A stretch of 64,000 bases of DNA, taken from NCBI GenBank assembly GCA_963848135.1, contig CAWKCK010000017.1, forward strand, positions 372,001-436,000. The letters are read 5' to 3'. This DNA is from an uncultured delta proteobacterium. GTDB lineage: Bacteria; Desulfobacterota; Desulfobacteria; Desulfobacterales; SG8-13. The notes below the pieces were generated by a model that did not search any database, was not told the DNA's origin, and was given only the letters and a program-made list of their open reading frames with translations. Shown piece after piece: positions 37,505 through 47,604 of this stretch (positions are counted from its first letter, which is position 1; every line of letters starts with the position of its first letter). The translations under genes were made by a program, and so were the position numbers.

Positions 37505-37795
37505 ATGGCTGTAAAAATACTCATCAAGCGGAACATACCCGAAAACAGGGCCAAAGATCTCATGCCATTTTTCAGGCAATTGCGTGCAGTTGCCGGCAAC
37601 CAACCCGGCTATATTTCCGGTGAAACGCTAAAACGTATCGACCGACCGGGCCAGTATCTCGTAATCAGCACCTGGCGTTCGAATGATGACTGGCGGCGGT
37701 GGGTGCTCTCCAAGGAACGCACGGAAATACAGAACATGATCGATGCGATGCTCGGAGAAAAAACGGAATATGAAATTTACGAATTCAACCGGTAG
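37505..37795 (+). CDS. Antibiotic biosynthesis monooxygenase (ABM) family protein
   Basis: QPGYISGETL, LVISTW. Confidence 0.8.
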   Translation: MAVKILIKRNIPENRAKDLMPFFRQLRAVAGNQPGYISGETLKRIDRPGQYLVISTWRSNDDWRRWVLSKERTEIQNMIDAMLGEKTEYEIYEFNR

Positions 37796-37900
37796 CGGCC
37801 GGCGAACCAATGGGGGATGCCCCCTGTACCGAGATTGACGAACAAAAATTGTTGCTGATTATAACGCATGCCATTTCGTTGAAAAATAGGAGATGCCTCG

Positions 37901-39187
37901 ATGACCGGACAGTACACCGAAGGTTTTGAAAAAGCGCTTGAAATAGGGCGTCCCCCGAACATAAAAAAACTTTTCCCGCATTCGAAAGCCTTGATTGTCA
38001 GTGGTAAATTCATCGATCGGGCGATGCTGGCAAAAGGTAAAGCGATAGCGCTGGCTGCCAATGGACGGAGCCACTTTGTTATTCGGGGTGCCTTGCGCGC
38101 CGCTCAACGCGCGAAGGCAGCCCTCATCATCGAAATCGCCAAGTCGGAAGGCGGTGCCAGCGCCTATTGTGCCGTAAATTACTGGAATATCGCCCGGCAA
38201 GTGGATGCCGCCTGCAACGAAATGGGAATTACCGTACCGGTGGCAATCCATGCTGACCACTATGGAATTAAAAGCGATGCCGACATCGCCGCCGCAAAAA
38301 CAGAAATACCGACCCTCTTCGAAGCCGGAATCACCTCGATTGCCATAGACGCATCGCACATGACCGATGACCGCAACCTGATCGCCAGCATTGCGCTTAA
38401 CCCCTGCGTGCCGAAATGGGCAGGACTCGAAACTGAAGTCGGCGAAATAAAAGGGAAAGCCGGTCTTTCAACCGTTGAGGAAGCGCTGTTTTTGATCCAG
38501 GGCCTGAACGCCCATGAAATTTTTCCGGATTGGATCGCTCTGAACAACGGAACGACCCATGGTATCGAAGCCAGTTCCCAAGGCATTCAGATTGACCTGA
38601 CCCGTCAGATTCACGAAGCTCTTGCAAAGTACAAAGTGTCCGGCGCCCAACACGGCACGTCCGGTAACAGCTCGGACCGTTTGGTTGACATTGCCACCAC
38701 AACCCGTACGACAAAAGCCAATGTGGCCACCGCCCTGCAAATGGTCTCCTGGGGGCTCGAAGTCAACGATTACGGAAATGCCATACTGGATGAATCCGGC
38801 GGTTTTATTAAAGTGAAAGGCCAAGGCGTTACCGAGGAGATGTGGCTGGCGATGACCGCCCATGCCGCGGCCAGTGGTTTGAAAAGCGGCGATTTCAAGA
38901 AACTCAACCTCCCCTTTGAAAACAAACTCCTCGGTCAACCGGCTGAAATTCGTGAACGGATGATTCAGAGAGTTGAAAACTTTGCCCACGATATGATCAC
39001 AAACGTATTCAATGCCTCCGATACGGCACCGATGGTCATCGATGCGATCCTGGCGGCGAATGCCTATGATCCCGGTGCCAAGATCGGAAAAATTGAAAAC
39101 GCATCGGATTGGACACCGAAAAGAATCACCGCAAAAGCGTCAACTCTTGCCTCAAAGGAAACTCTTGAGGGAGACTTCGATGATTAA
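37901..39187 (+). CDS. Class II fructose-bisphosphate aldolase
   Basis: HADH, DASH, ETEVGEI, GTTHG, AQHGTSG, KANVAT. Confidence 0.88.
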   Translation: MTGQYTEGFEKALEIGRPPNIKKLFPHSKALIVSGKFIDRAMLAKGKAIALAANGRSHFVIRGALRAAQRAKAALIIEIAKSEGGASAYCAVNYWNIARQVDAACNEMGITVPVAIHADHYGIKSDADIAAAKTEIPTLFEAGITSIAIDASHMTDDRNLIASIALNPCVPKWAGLETEVGEIKGKAGLSTVEEALFLIQGLNAHEIFPDWIALNNGTTHGIEASSQGIQIDLTRQIHEALAKYKVSGAQHGTSGNSSDRLVDIATTTRTTKANVATALQMVSWGLEVNDYGNAILDESGGFIKVKGQGVTEEMWLAMTAHAAASGLKSGDFKKLNLPFENKLLGQPAEIRERMIQRVENFAHDMITNVFNASDTAPMVIDAILAANAYDPGAKIGKIENASDWTPKRITAKASTLASKETLEGDFDD

Positions 39188-39527
39188 CCTGCAGACGGGC
39201 TCGATCTGCCCGCCTGCAGCGGTGGTTTTCCCTGTCCAGCCGCCCTTTATCCTGCATCCCGCTCATCCTAACCCCTCGGATCGAATCAAACCACAGAACC
39301 TCCCGATAATTATACACTTTCCCGCCTGACACGCGGGGCGCACGCCGGAGCCTGTACCATTGGAGATCAACTCAGAAGCTGAAATCTCTGGGATAGAGTT
39401 CACCACAGTCAATCCCTGGAAAGATCAAAAGGGCAAAAAATCCTTGCCAAAAACACTTTCAGGACAAAACATTATACTATATTTTCAGTTACTTAATAGA
39501 TTTTAAACATTCCTGGCTATTTTTTTC

Positions 39528-39554
39528 TTAAGTTTTCCTCCGGGTTGCCGATAA
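39528..39554 (+). promoter_or_regulatory. Sigma28 (FliA)-type promoter
   Basis: TTAA(GTTT)-15 nt spacer-GCCGATAA; perfect -10 element. Confidence 0.75.
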
Positions 39555-39619
39555 CAGAGCCAGGTAATAATATCCGCCATCCGGTTTCAACACCTTATGG
39601 GTATCAACGGTGAGATGCG

Positions 39620-40075
39620 ATGCACATTTCGAATTATCAGATGCATAATGTCCTAAAGGTTTACACGAACCATCTCAGTAAAGACAGAACCGAAAAAACC
39701 GACCGACCGACAATACGTAAACCGAATTCGGATAGGGTTCAAATTTCGGCCGAGGGGAAACGGCAGAATCTTATCGATAGTGTCGCCGCGGACATTGTGG
39801 CCCGCATTACCAAAGAGGGAATCGGAGCTAGTGCGGCCTCTGCGAACCAAACCATAAGTAAACATTCGACGTTACAGAATAAAAACACCCAATTTGAGTA
39901 TAATGTTATGCAAGGAGGCGCAGAAAAAGAGACCAACAGGCTTTCGGTTGAAAATGCCAGTTTCGTCATCCGGCGTATCGAAGAATTGACAGGCGGACCG
40001 GATGCTGGTGCAACAGAGGTGAACCTAAACACGTCGGAGAAAATGAGACCGGCGGCCGTTTCTGACGAAAATTAA
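39620..40075 (+). CDS. DVU0524-like (FlgM-associated) protein
   Basis: YQMHNVLKVY, DRVQISAEGKRQ..ID.VAADIV.RI. Confidence 0.7.
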   Translation: MHISNYQMHNVLKVYTNHLSKDRTEKTDRPTIRKPNSDRVQISAEGKRQNLIDSVAADIVARITKEGIGASAASANQTISKHSTLQNKNTQFEYNVMQGGAEKETNRLSVENASFVIRRIEELTGGPDAGATEVNLNTSEKMRPAAVSDEN

Positions 40076-40204
40076 ATGCCCTCAGCCCCGTGCCAGTATT
40101 GCAGGAACCAGGCTATGAACACGATTGAAATAACCCGCCAGCAGTATAACTGCAATTGATGTATCCGTTGACCCGACATCACTTGCGGATGAGAGGGGGT
40201 AACC

Positions 40205-40504
40205 ATGATCAATACTATAGGAGAATATACTCTTCAGCAGGCTGTACGCGTAAATCATGGCACAACAGTCGGCGACAAGGAGGCGCTGGTTCAAAAATCA
40301 ATGCAAACCAGCGTGCCTCGCCCGGTAGAAAAATCCAATGACAGCCGGCGTTCAGATATGAAACAGAACGACGAGGAAAAGGCCGAGACGACAACCCGCC
40401 ATCGAATCGAAGATGGTCAGGTCATACTTGAAAGATATGATCAGCATGGCAAACTGGTCGAAAAGGTTCCACCGGGATACGTTCCATTTGGTGAAATCGC
40501 CTGA
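40205..40504 (+). CDS. Small protein, FlaG-like C-terminus
   Basis: GAGGGGG RBS; VILERYDQHGKLVEKVPP resembles FlaG V.V.D..GEVIRQIPP. Confidence 0.5.
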   Translation: MINTIGEYTLQQAVRVNHGTTVGDKEALVQKSMQTSVPRPVEKSNDSRRSDMKQNDEEKAETTTRHRIEDGQVILERYDQHGKLVEKVPPGYVPFGEIA

Positions 40505-40574
40505 TCGAGCAGTTATCAGATATTAGAAAAGTTCATGTTGCAGACCGTCCGAAAAGTCTGTACAAAGTTAAGGT

Positions 40575-40620
40575 GGTGCTTTCCGGATCCGGTTTAAGTA
40601 TTTACAACCCGGTAAGCACC
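40575..40620. terminator. Imperfect hairpin between convergent genes
   Basis: GGTGCTT-TCCGG...CCGG-TAAGCACC. Confidence 0.35.
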
Positions 40621-40649
40621 GCCCGGATCCTTGTAGTGAAGTCAAAAAA

Positions 40650-41468
40650 TTAACGATCGGTTTGCGCTTCTTCCTCGGCCTTGATCGCCTCCCAGATCGC
40701 ATCAAGATCGGCCGGAGATAGCTCATCGATGGATCCGCCCCGCGCAAGGACCTTCTGCTCGAGTGATTTAAATCGTTTCACGAACTTATTGATAGCCCCA
40801 CCCAGGGCTGTTTCCGGATGAATCCGGGCAAAACGGGCGACATTGGTCAAAGTGAACAGAATGTCGCCGAACTCGATGATCGCTTGCTCAGGCTGTTTCC
40901 TCATAAGGGCCTGCTTGAACTCGTCCCATTCCTCTTCCACCTTTTCCATGACTCCCCTAAGGTCAGGCCAGTCGAACCCGGCACGTGCGGCGCGCTCTGA
41001 GATACGATACGCCCGCATCAAGGCCGGCAATTGAACCGGAACTGCATCCAGCGCCGATTCATTCCCTGCGGATCCTTTTTCGCCCTTTTTTATTTGATGC
41101 CATTGCTTCCGAACCGCCTCGGCACTGTCGATGCGTGCGGTACCGAAGACGTGGGGATGTCGCCGTGTCATCTTCTCTGTATTTTGACGTGCAACGGTAC
41201 CGATGTCAAAGAGCCCCTGCTCCCGATACAATTCAGCCATAAAAAACACGTGAAACAGAACATCCCCGAGTTCTTCGCAGGTTTTATCGGGATTCCCGGT
41301 CGCGATGGCATCGACCAACTCGTAGATCTCTTCGGTCAAATATCGTGCTATGGATTGGGAGGTCTGCTGTTTGTCCCATGGGCATCCTTGTTCCCCTCTG
41401 AGCGTCTGAATCAAACGCATTAGGTTTTCAAGCGAGCCGGCAGGGAGACGGGGGGAAATCGAGGTCAT
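40650..41468 (-). CDS. mazG: Nucleoside triphosphate pyrophosphohydrolase MazG
   Basis: GCPWDKQQT, EELGD, RRHPHVFG, GFDW, EFGD. Confidence 0.95.
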   Translation of the reverse strand: MTSISPRLPAGSLENLMRLIQTLRGEQGCPWDKQQTSQSIARYLTEEIYELVDAIATGNPDKTCEELGDVLFHVFFMAELYREQGLFDIGTVARQNTEKMTRRHPHVFGTARIDSAEAVRKQWHQIKKGEKGSAGNESALDAVPVQLPALMRAYRISERAARAGFDWPDLRGVMEKVEEEWDEFKQALMRKQPEQAIIEFGDILFTLTNVARFARIHPETALGGAINKFVKRFKSLEQKVLARGGSIDELSPADLDAIWEAIKAEEEAQTDR

Positions 41469-41992
41469 GGATTGATATTCCAAGATTTTTTAAAATGCTC
41501 GATCTTGGAAGAAAACTGCTGTTTGAGGTCTCTGGAAACAAACTTGACCAATTTTTCAGATATCATGACCACGTGGGGGGCAAGCAGAGAATCCTTGATG
41601 ACAGGGGACCCTTGTGGAAGAAAAGCGGTGAAGATAACAACCAGAACCGCCACGATCAGAATTCCTTTGATTGAGCCAAACAGGGACCCGCAAATGCGGT
41701 CGAACCACCCCAAAAAGGCAATGTTCAGCGCATACTTTATAATCACACCCAGCGCACTGACAATGAGGAATACGGCACAAAAGAGAATCAGGAAACTTAA
41801 GATATTGATATAGACCGAATTGGTCATCCAACGTGCAAGCAGTCGGGCAATTTCTGGATAATAAGAGTAGGCGGCATAGTAGCCGGCCAGCACGCCGACA
41901 ATCGATGACATCTCTTTGATCAGGCCTCTGAATATGCCCCTGATGACACAGAAGGCAAGAATAACGATGGCCATCATATCAAACGGATTCAT
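41465..41992 (-). CDS. cvpA: CvpA family membrane protein
   Basis: GIFRGLIKE, DRICG..FG; ATGA overlap with mazG. Confidence 0.88.
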   Translation of the reverse strand: MNPFDMMAIVILAFCVIRGIFRGLIKEMSSIVGVLAGYYAAYSYYPEIARLLARWMTNSVYINILSFLILFCAVFLIVSALGVIIKYALNIAFLGWFDRICGSLFGSIKGILIVAVLVVIFTAFLPQGSPVIKDSLLAPHVVMISEKLVKFVSRDLKQQFSSKIEHFKKSWNINP

Positions 41993-42472
41993 ATGATCCT
42001 TTACTCTTGTCACGCAAAACCGGCGTTACAACCGGTGGCCGATGCAGAGAAACCATTTGCTGAACCGGCAGTATAAAGGCAGGTATCAATAAATCTTAGG
42101 GATATAAACAATAAGGCCACGCTGCCGGTCGCCGACAGCCTTAATTTTTTATCGCGCAAAACCGGCCTTCAGTTTATGGTTCTTGGGCAACCAAATGTGG
42201 CCGCTCTCAGTGCCATCCACTCATCAGCGACGTTGCTCAGTAAACAATAAACGCTGAAATTATCACCGGGTACCATTGAGAGTCAAGGTGTTTTTGAGCT
42301 CAGCATTATGACCGCACAGATTATTTGCATTTGGCCGAGAAGGTATGCTAAAAAATTGGGTTGATTCGTTCGGCATGAACAAACTGGGTGTGAAACAGTG
42401 CTTGTTCACCGTCGAGAATGGAATTTGACTTATAACAATAACCGGTATGAACCGAATACGTGAGATCGTCCG

Positions 42473-43474
42473 ATGAATACGAAACCTTTAAAGCCTATTG
42501 GTAATAATTCTATCGCCAGCCCCGCGACTCTAACCTTTGAAGATATCGGCCTGACACGGCAATTGTTCGGCGAACACAACGGCAACTTAAAGAAAATATC
42601 TGCTGCCCTGGATGTACGTATTAACGTCCGGGGCAATATGGTATTTATAGAGGGGGAAGATATCGCCTCCCGTCTGGCCGAAAACGTCCTGCTTCAGCTC
42701 TATGGACTTTTGAAATCCAAATACCCTGTCCACCCCAACGATGTCGATTACGCCATCAACGTTCTGAGCAGCAACGATAAGGTCAGCCTAAAAGATATAT
42801 TCTTGGATACGGTTTCGGTAAAGTCCAGAAAAGGCTTTATCGCTCCCAAGAGTCCCGCACAGAAGGAATACATCGATGCGATTCGTACTCTTGACATCGT
42901 GTTTGGCGTCGGCCCCGCAGGTACAGGCAAGACATATCTCGCCATGGCCATGGCCGTTGAATCCTTGAACAAGGGACGCGTCAGCCGCATCATACTAACG
43001 CGGCCAGCTGTTGAAGCCGGCGAGGCTCTCGGTTTTCTTCCCGGCGATCTGTCCGAAAAAGTCGACCCTTATCTGCGGCCACTCTATGATGCCCTTCATG
43101 ATATGATGAGATTCGAAAAGGTAGCGACCCTGATGCACCAAGGTGTCATCGAGGTTGCGCCGATTGCCTTCATGCGTGGCAGAACATTAAACGACTCATT
43201 CATCATCCTGGATGAAGCTCAAAATACGACCTCCGAACAGATGAAAATGTTCCTGACCCGAATCGGTTATAATTCGAAAGCCGTTATCACCGGAGACATT
43301 ACGCAGATCGATTTGCCGGTTGAGAAACAATCCGGGCTGGTTGAAGCAAAAAACATACTTCAAGGGATTACAGGCATAGGGTTTGTTTTTTTTTCCAAGA
43401 TCGATGTCGTCCGGCACCGCCTTGTACAGGACATCATCGAGGCTTACGAAGATTTAGAAAAAAAGAAAATCTGA
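42473..43474 (+). CDS. phoH: PhoH-family ATPase (KH-PhoH, YbeZ-like)
   Basis: GPAGTGKT, RPAVEAGE, FMRGRTL, DEAQN, GDITQIDLP. Confidence 0.95.
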   Translation: MNTKPLKPIGNNSIASPATLTFEDIGLTRQLFGEHNGNLKKISAALDVRINVRGNMVFIEGEDIASRLAENVLLQLYGLLKSKYPVHPNDVDYAINVLSSNDKVSLKDIFLDTVSVKSRKGFIAPKSPAQKEYIDAIRTLDIVFGVGPAGTGKTYLAMAMAVESLNKGRVSRIILTRPAVEAGEALGFLPGDLSEKVDPYLRPLYDALHDMMRFEKVATLMHQGVIEVAPIAFMRGRTLNDSFIILDEAQNTTSEQMKMFLTRIGYNSKAVITGDITQIDLPVEKQSGLVEAKNILQGITGIGFVFFSKIDVVRHRLVQDIIEAYEDLEKKKI

Positions 43475-43520
43475 ACTCGAGCAATCCACAGCGTCAACCA
43501 ATTAATGGAGCATTGATGTC

Positions 43521-45980
43521 TTGAATTCGTCACCTTCCCCCAAAACTGCAGGCAGAGACTGGCCATCCGGAATCGAGCGGCGAAAAGAATCCGTTCGGAA
43601 AATATTTTTAGAAAGCCGCCATTTTCGATGGATTCTGCTCTTGGCCGTAACGGCGGTTTTCACGATCTTGCTCCATCCCAAAATGGTGACGACCGGCCCA
43701 TCTTACAAACCTGGAGACATCGCCGAAAGGGACATCAAGGCCCCCCAAGACTTCTTCATTCAGGATAGCGATGCCACCGAGAATAACCGGCAGAGGGCCG
43801 TCCAGGAAGTCCAGACTGTTTACGACCACGATACAGGATTGTTATTGGCCCTGACGACACGGGTCGAGGATGCCTTTGCCGAATTACGATCTGTAATGGA
43901 AGCGGAGGCTGCCCCCGAGTTGCTGCGATCAGTGGCAATTTACGGCCGTGCGGTATCGCCACGTCCGGACATTAGACTACCGCAGACCGACGGCCAAGTC
44001 CGGGAACACAAGGACGATTTTGCTCAACAGATCGGTATAGACATCAAGGAAGATGCGTTCAACCTCCTTGTCAAAGAGGGATTTTCCGAAGACATCGTCG
44101 CCGCGATCAATAATATGCTGACAGACGTGCTGGAAAAAGGCATTGTCACAAACAGATCAATGTTTTTGAAGGACGGAGACAAGGGAATCGTACTGAGAGA
44201 TCTCGGTACAAAAAATGAGCAAGTTATTTCGGACCTCAAACAATTTTACGACCTTGACCAAGCAAAATCGATGATACGCCTTGCAGGCGAAACGCGCCTG
44301 AAGGGACACAGTTACACCAGCCGATCTTTAATGATTGACCTGGCCCAGCAACTATTGCAGCCGAATATCACCCTCAATAAAAGTGAAACCGAGGAACGCA
44401 AGAAGGAAGGGGCCGAGGCTGTAAAACCGGTTCTTTACAAAATAAAAGCCGGAGAAATGCTGCTGCGTGAAGGCGAACGGGTAACCGATGTTCAATTGTT
44501 GAAGCTCGCAGCGCTCCAGGAACAAATGCAAAACGACAATCTGGTGACGCGCAGTATCGGAATCGCGCTTTTGGTCATACTCCTGCTGATTGCCACCGTT
44601 GTTCTATATCGACCGAAATTCGGACGCAAAATTGCAGAACAGAACAAAAACCTTCTGTTTATCGCCGTTGTTTTGATGGGCGTCTTTGTTACCGCCCACC
44701 TTACCGTGTACCTGTCGGATTCGCTTGCCGGCCGAGGGTCTTCCGAATTGGCGGCTACCGCCATCGTTTACGGTGCGCCAATTGCTGCGGGAGCGATGAT
44801 CATCTGTCTGTTTCTCGGATTCGAACTCGCCGTTCCCTGCGCCGCGATTATTGCTATTCTTACCGCAATGATTTTTCAAACTGATTTTACCCTCTTTCTA
44901 TACTTTTTGATTAACGGTACGATGGCCGCTTACTGGATTCGAAACTGCCGTGAGCGTAAAGTGTTTATCAAAGCCGGTTGTAAGCTCGGCCTCCTTAATA
45001 TACTCCTTGTGACAGCTGTTGCCGTTTACCTCACCCGACTCACGGTGAATAATTTACTCTGGGACGGCGCGTTCGGGTTTCTGGGCGGCATCGGCTCTGG
45101 TATCGTCGCCGCGGGAATTGTTCCCATGGCAGAAATTGCATTTGACTATACCACCGACATCAAGCTGCTTGAATTGGCAAACCTGGACCGGCCGATTCTC
45201 CGGAAATTGCTCATAGAAGCCCCCGGTACTTACCATCATTCGGTGATTGTCGGGTCGATGGTGGAGGCAGCGGCTTCTGAAATCGGCGTCAATTCACTAT
45301 TGGCCAAGGTCTGCGGCTATTATCACGATATCGGAAAAACTAAAAAACCCTTGTATTTTATCGAGAACCAGAGGGACGGCAAAAACAAACACGACAAGCT
45401 GGCACCGTCAATGTCGAGCTTGATTCTGGTGGCCCATGTCAAAGACGGTACCGAAATCGCCAAGAAAAACCGCTTGGGAGCAGCCATATTCGATACCATA
45501 CAACAGCATCACGGCACCAGCCTGATCACCTATTTTTACGAAAAAGCCAAACAGCAAAGAGGCGAAGACGGCGTAAAGATTGACGACTTCAGATACCCTG
45601 GACCCAAACCGCAAACCCGGGAAGTCGCACTGGTGATGCTGGCCGATGTGGTCGAAGCGGCATCGAGAACCCTGGCCAATCCTACCCCCGCGAGAATTCA
45701 AGGACTGGTGCAGAACCTGATCAACAAGGTGTTCTCCGATGGCCAACTCGACAATTGTGACCTGACGCTGCGGGATCTCCACAAAATTGCCAAAAATTTT
45801 AATAAAATACTCAATGCCATCCACCACCACCGGATTGAATATCCCGAATCTCGGTCGACAGCCAGTGAGAAAGTGAAAAATGGGAATCCTGATAGACAAT
45901 CGGCAAAGCAGCTACCAAATACCAGTAGAGGATATGCGGAAAAAGGCACGCGCCGTATTAGACGCCTTGGGCAGTCCTGA
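43521..45980 (+). CDS. 7TM-HD phosphohydrolase (PgpH/YqfF-like)
   Basis: Extracellular domain, 7 TM, APGTYHHS, HDIGK, HHGT, FRYPGPKP; start uncertain. Confidence 0.9.
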   Translation: MNSSPSPKTAGRDWPSGIERRKESVRKIFLESRHFRWILLLAVTAVFTILLHPKMVTTGPSYKPGDIAERDIKAPQDFFIQDSDATENNRQRAVQEVQTVYDHDTGLLLALTTRVEDAFAELRSVMEAEAAPELLRSVAIYGRAVSPRPDIRLPQTDGQVREHKDDFAQQIGIDIKEDAFNLLVKEGFSEDIVAAINNMLTDVLEKGIVTNRSMFLKDGDKGIVLRDLGTKNEQVISDLKQFYDLDQAKSMIRLAGETRLKGHSYTSRSLMIDLAQQLLQPNITLNKSETEERKKEGAEAVKPVLYKIKAGEMLLREGERVTDVQLLKLAALQEQMQNDNLVTRSIGIALLVILLLIATVVLYRPKFGRKIAEQNKNLLFIAVVLMGVFVTAHLTVYLSDSLAGRGSSELAATAIVYGAPIAAGAMIICLFLGFELAVPCAAIIAILTAMIFQTDFTLFLYFLINGTMAAYWIRNCRERKVFIKAGCKLGLLNILLVTAVAVYLTRLTVNNLLWDGAFGFLGGIGSGIVAAGIVPMAEIAFDYTTDIKLLELANLDRPILRKLLIEAPGTYHHSVIVGSMVEAAASEIGVNSLLAKVCGYYHDIGKTKKPLYFIENQRDGKNKHDKLAPSMSSLILVAHVKDGTEIAKKNRLGAAIFDTIQQHHGTSLITYFYEKAKQQRGEDGVKIDDFRYPGPKPQTREVALVMLADVVEAASRTLANPTPARIQGLVQNLINKVFSDGQLDNCDLTLRDLHKIAKNFNKILNAIHHHRIEYPESRSTASEKVKNGNPDRQSAKQLPNTSRGYAEKGTRRIRRLGQS

Positions 45981-46326
45981 AGCAGAGCTTTCCATTGTAT
46001 TCGTTAATGATGAAGGTATTGCCCTTTTGAACCGGCAATACCTGAACCGGGAAGGCGCCACGAATGTTATCGCCTTCCCCATGAGAGAGGGCGCATATAC
46101 AGAGATCACCCCTCAGCTGCTCGGCGACATCGTTATTTCGGTAGATACGGCCGCGCGCGAGGGGAAACAGGCAGGATTGGCAATGGATACCCGCCTTGAA
46201 GAACTTCTGATACACGGCATATTGCACCTTTTCGGGTACGATCACGAAACCAATATGGATGATGCCGGACGAATGGAAGAAAAACATCTGGAACTGATGA
46301 ACCTGATTCGCGCGCTACAAAAGTGA
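45880..46326 (+). CDS. ybeY: rRNA maturation endoribonuclease YbeY
   Basis: LNRQY, LGDIVIS, HGILHLFGYDH. Confidence 0.95.
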   Translation: MGILIDNRQSSYQIPVEDMRKKARAVLDALGSPEAELSIVFVNDEGIALLNRQYLNREGATNVIAFPMREGAYTEITPQLLGDIVISVDTAAREGKQAGLAMDTRLEELLIHGILHLFGYDHETNMDDAGRMEEKHLELMNLIRALQK

Positions 46327-46578
46327 CGTGAAACCGTTTCCGAGCCTCAGAACGGGATGCTGATGAATTCACAAAAAATGGATTCGGCGGTCCTGACCGA
46401 TAGGGTCCGCAACGCATGAACTCGATTATAAAGCAAGGATTGCCCGCCATCGGACGCCTGAAATTCATGGGGTGTTCATCGTGATCAAACCGCGCGTTCG
46501 GAAATATCGGCGATGGTCTACCTCGGTATGTTAGGAACAACGATTAAATTACATTTCTCGTGGTCATAAGGAGGATCA

Positions 46579-47298
46579 ATGGCAAAACTGACGGTACAAA
46601 TCGACCACGTAGCGACGCTCAGGGAGGCCGGCAGAGCAGCATCGCCGGAGCCGTCTGCCGTTGCTGTTTTAGCAGAAATGGGAGGCGCCGACGGTCTATC
46701 GGTGCATCTGCATGAAGACCGGCGACACATCCAGGATCGTGACCTGAGAATCCTGCGCAGAATCGTGCACACCCATTTCGAGTTGAAAATGGCGGCGACT
46801 TCGGAAATGCTCGGTGTGGCGCTGAACATCAAACCGGATACGGTCATTCTCGTTCCGGAAACACGGGAGGAATCGTCAACCGAAAACGGTCTCGATCTGA
46901 TGGTCCACAAATCCAATGTGGCAGAAATAATCAACAATCTGGAGAACAGCGGTATTCCGGTAGGTATTTTTATCGATCCCGATCCCGAGCAGCTAAAACT
47001 GGCCCATCAGTGCAATGCCAATACGGTGGAAATCAATACGGGCTCCTTTTGTGAGGCCGCCACAAGCGCCAAACGAGCCCAGATCTTTACGCGTATCGTA
47101 GATGCCGTAAAACTGGCCTATCGATTAAAGATCAGGGTCCACGCCGGATATGGAATCGGGTATCATACGATTGCCGCCTTTGGAGGACTGAAAGAAATCG
47201 ACACATTTACCATCGGTCACAGCATCGTATCCCGCGCTGTTCTGACCGGAATGGAAAAGGCCGTCAGGGATATGCGGCGTCTCATAAAAGAACTGTAA
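46579..47298 (+). CDS. pdxJ: Pyridoxine 5'-phosphate synthase homolog (divergent active site)
   Basis: IDHVATLR, EDRRHIQDRD, FIDPD, IGHSIVSRA. Confidence 0.85.
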   Translation: MAKLTVQIDHVATLREAGRAASPEPSAVAVLAEMGGADGLSVHLHEDRRHIQDRDLRILRRIVHTHFELKMAATSEMLGVALNIKPDTVILVPETREESSTENGLDLMVHKSNVAEIINNLENSGIPVGIFIDPDPEQLKLAHQCNANTVEINTGSFCEAATSAKRAQIFTRIVDAVKLAYRLKIRVHAGYGIGYHTIAAFGGLKEIDTFTIGHSIVSRAVLTGMEKAVRDMRRLIKEL

Positions 47299-47483
47299 GG
47301 TCGCCGCATTAACGCTGAAAGAGCCGGTTGGTAGGAATGGGAATCCGCCGTTCCCAAGTAATTAATATGCGCTTCGACGAGGCCAGTCGGTTCTTTCCGT
47401 TCCTTTTTGTAACGATGAAATATTCGGGTGAACAGTAGACCACTTACATCCAGCAGGGCCGATAACTGATACCTTTAAGTTAA

Positions 47484-47583
47484 TAACATTCAATGACCGT
47501 TTAGTTGCCCGAAATAATGGTTTTAAAAGACTGCTTTGAGCGGTACACAAGCCATTCATCCGGCTTTGACGGAAGTCATTGAA
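47484..47583 (+). mobile_element. Degenerate IS200-like end remnant (copy 2)
   Basis: Reverse complement aligns over ~100 nt with 24796-24895. Confidence 0.7.
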
Positions 47584-47604
47584 TTATCGCAAGGAGACGG
47601 GGGA

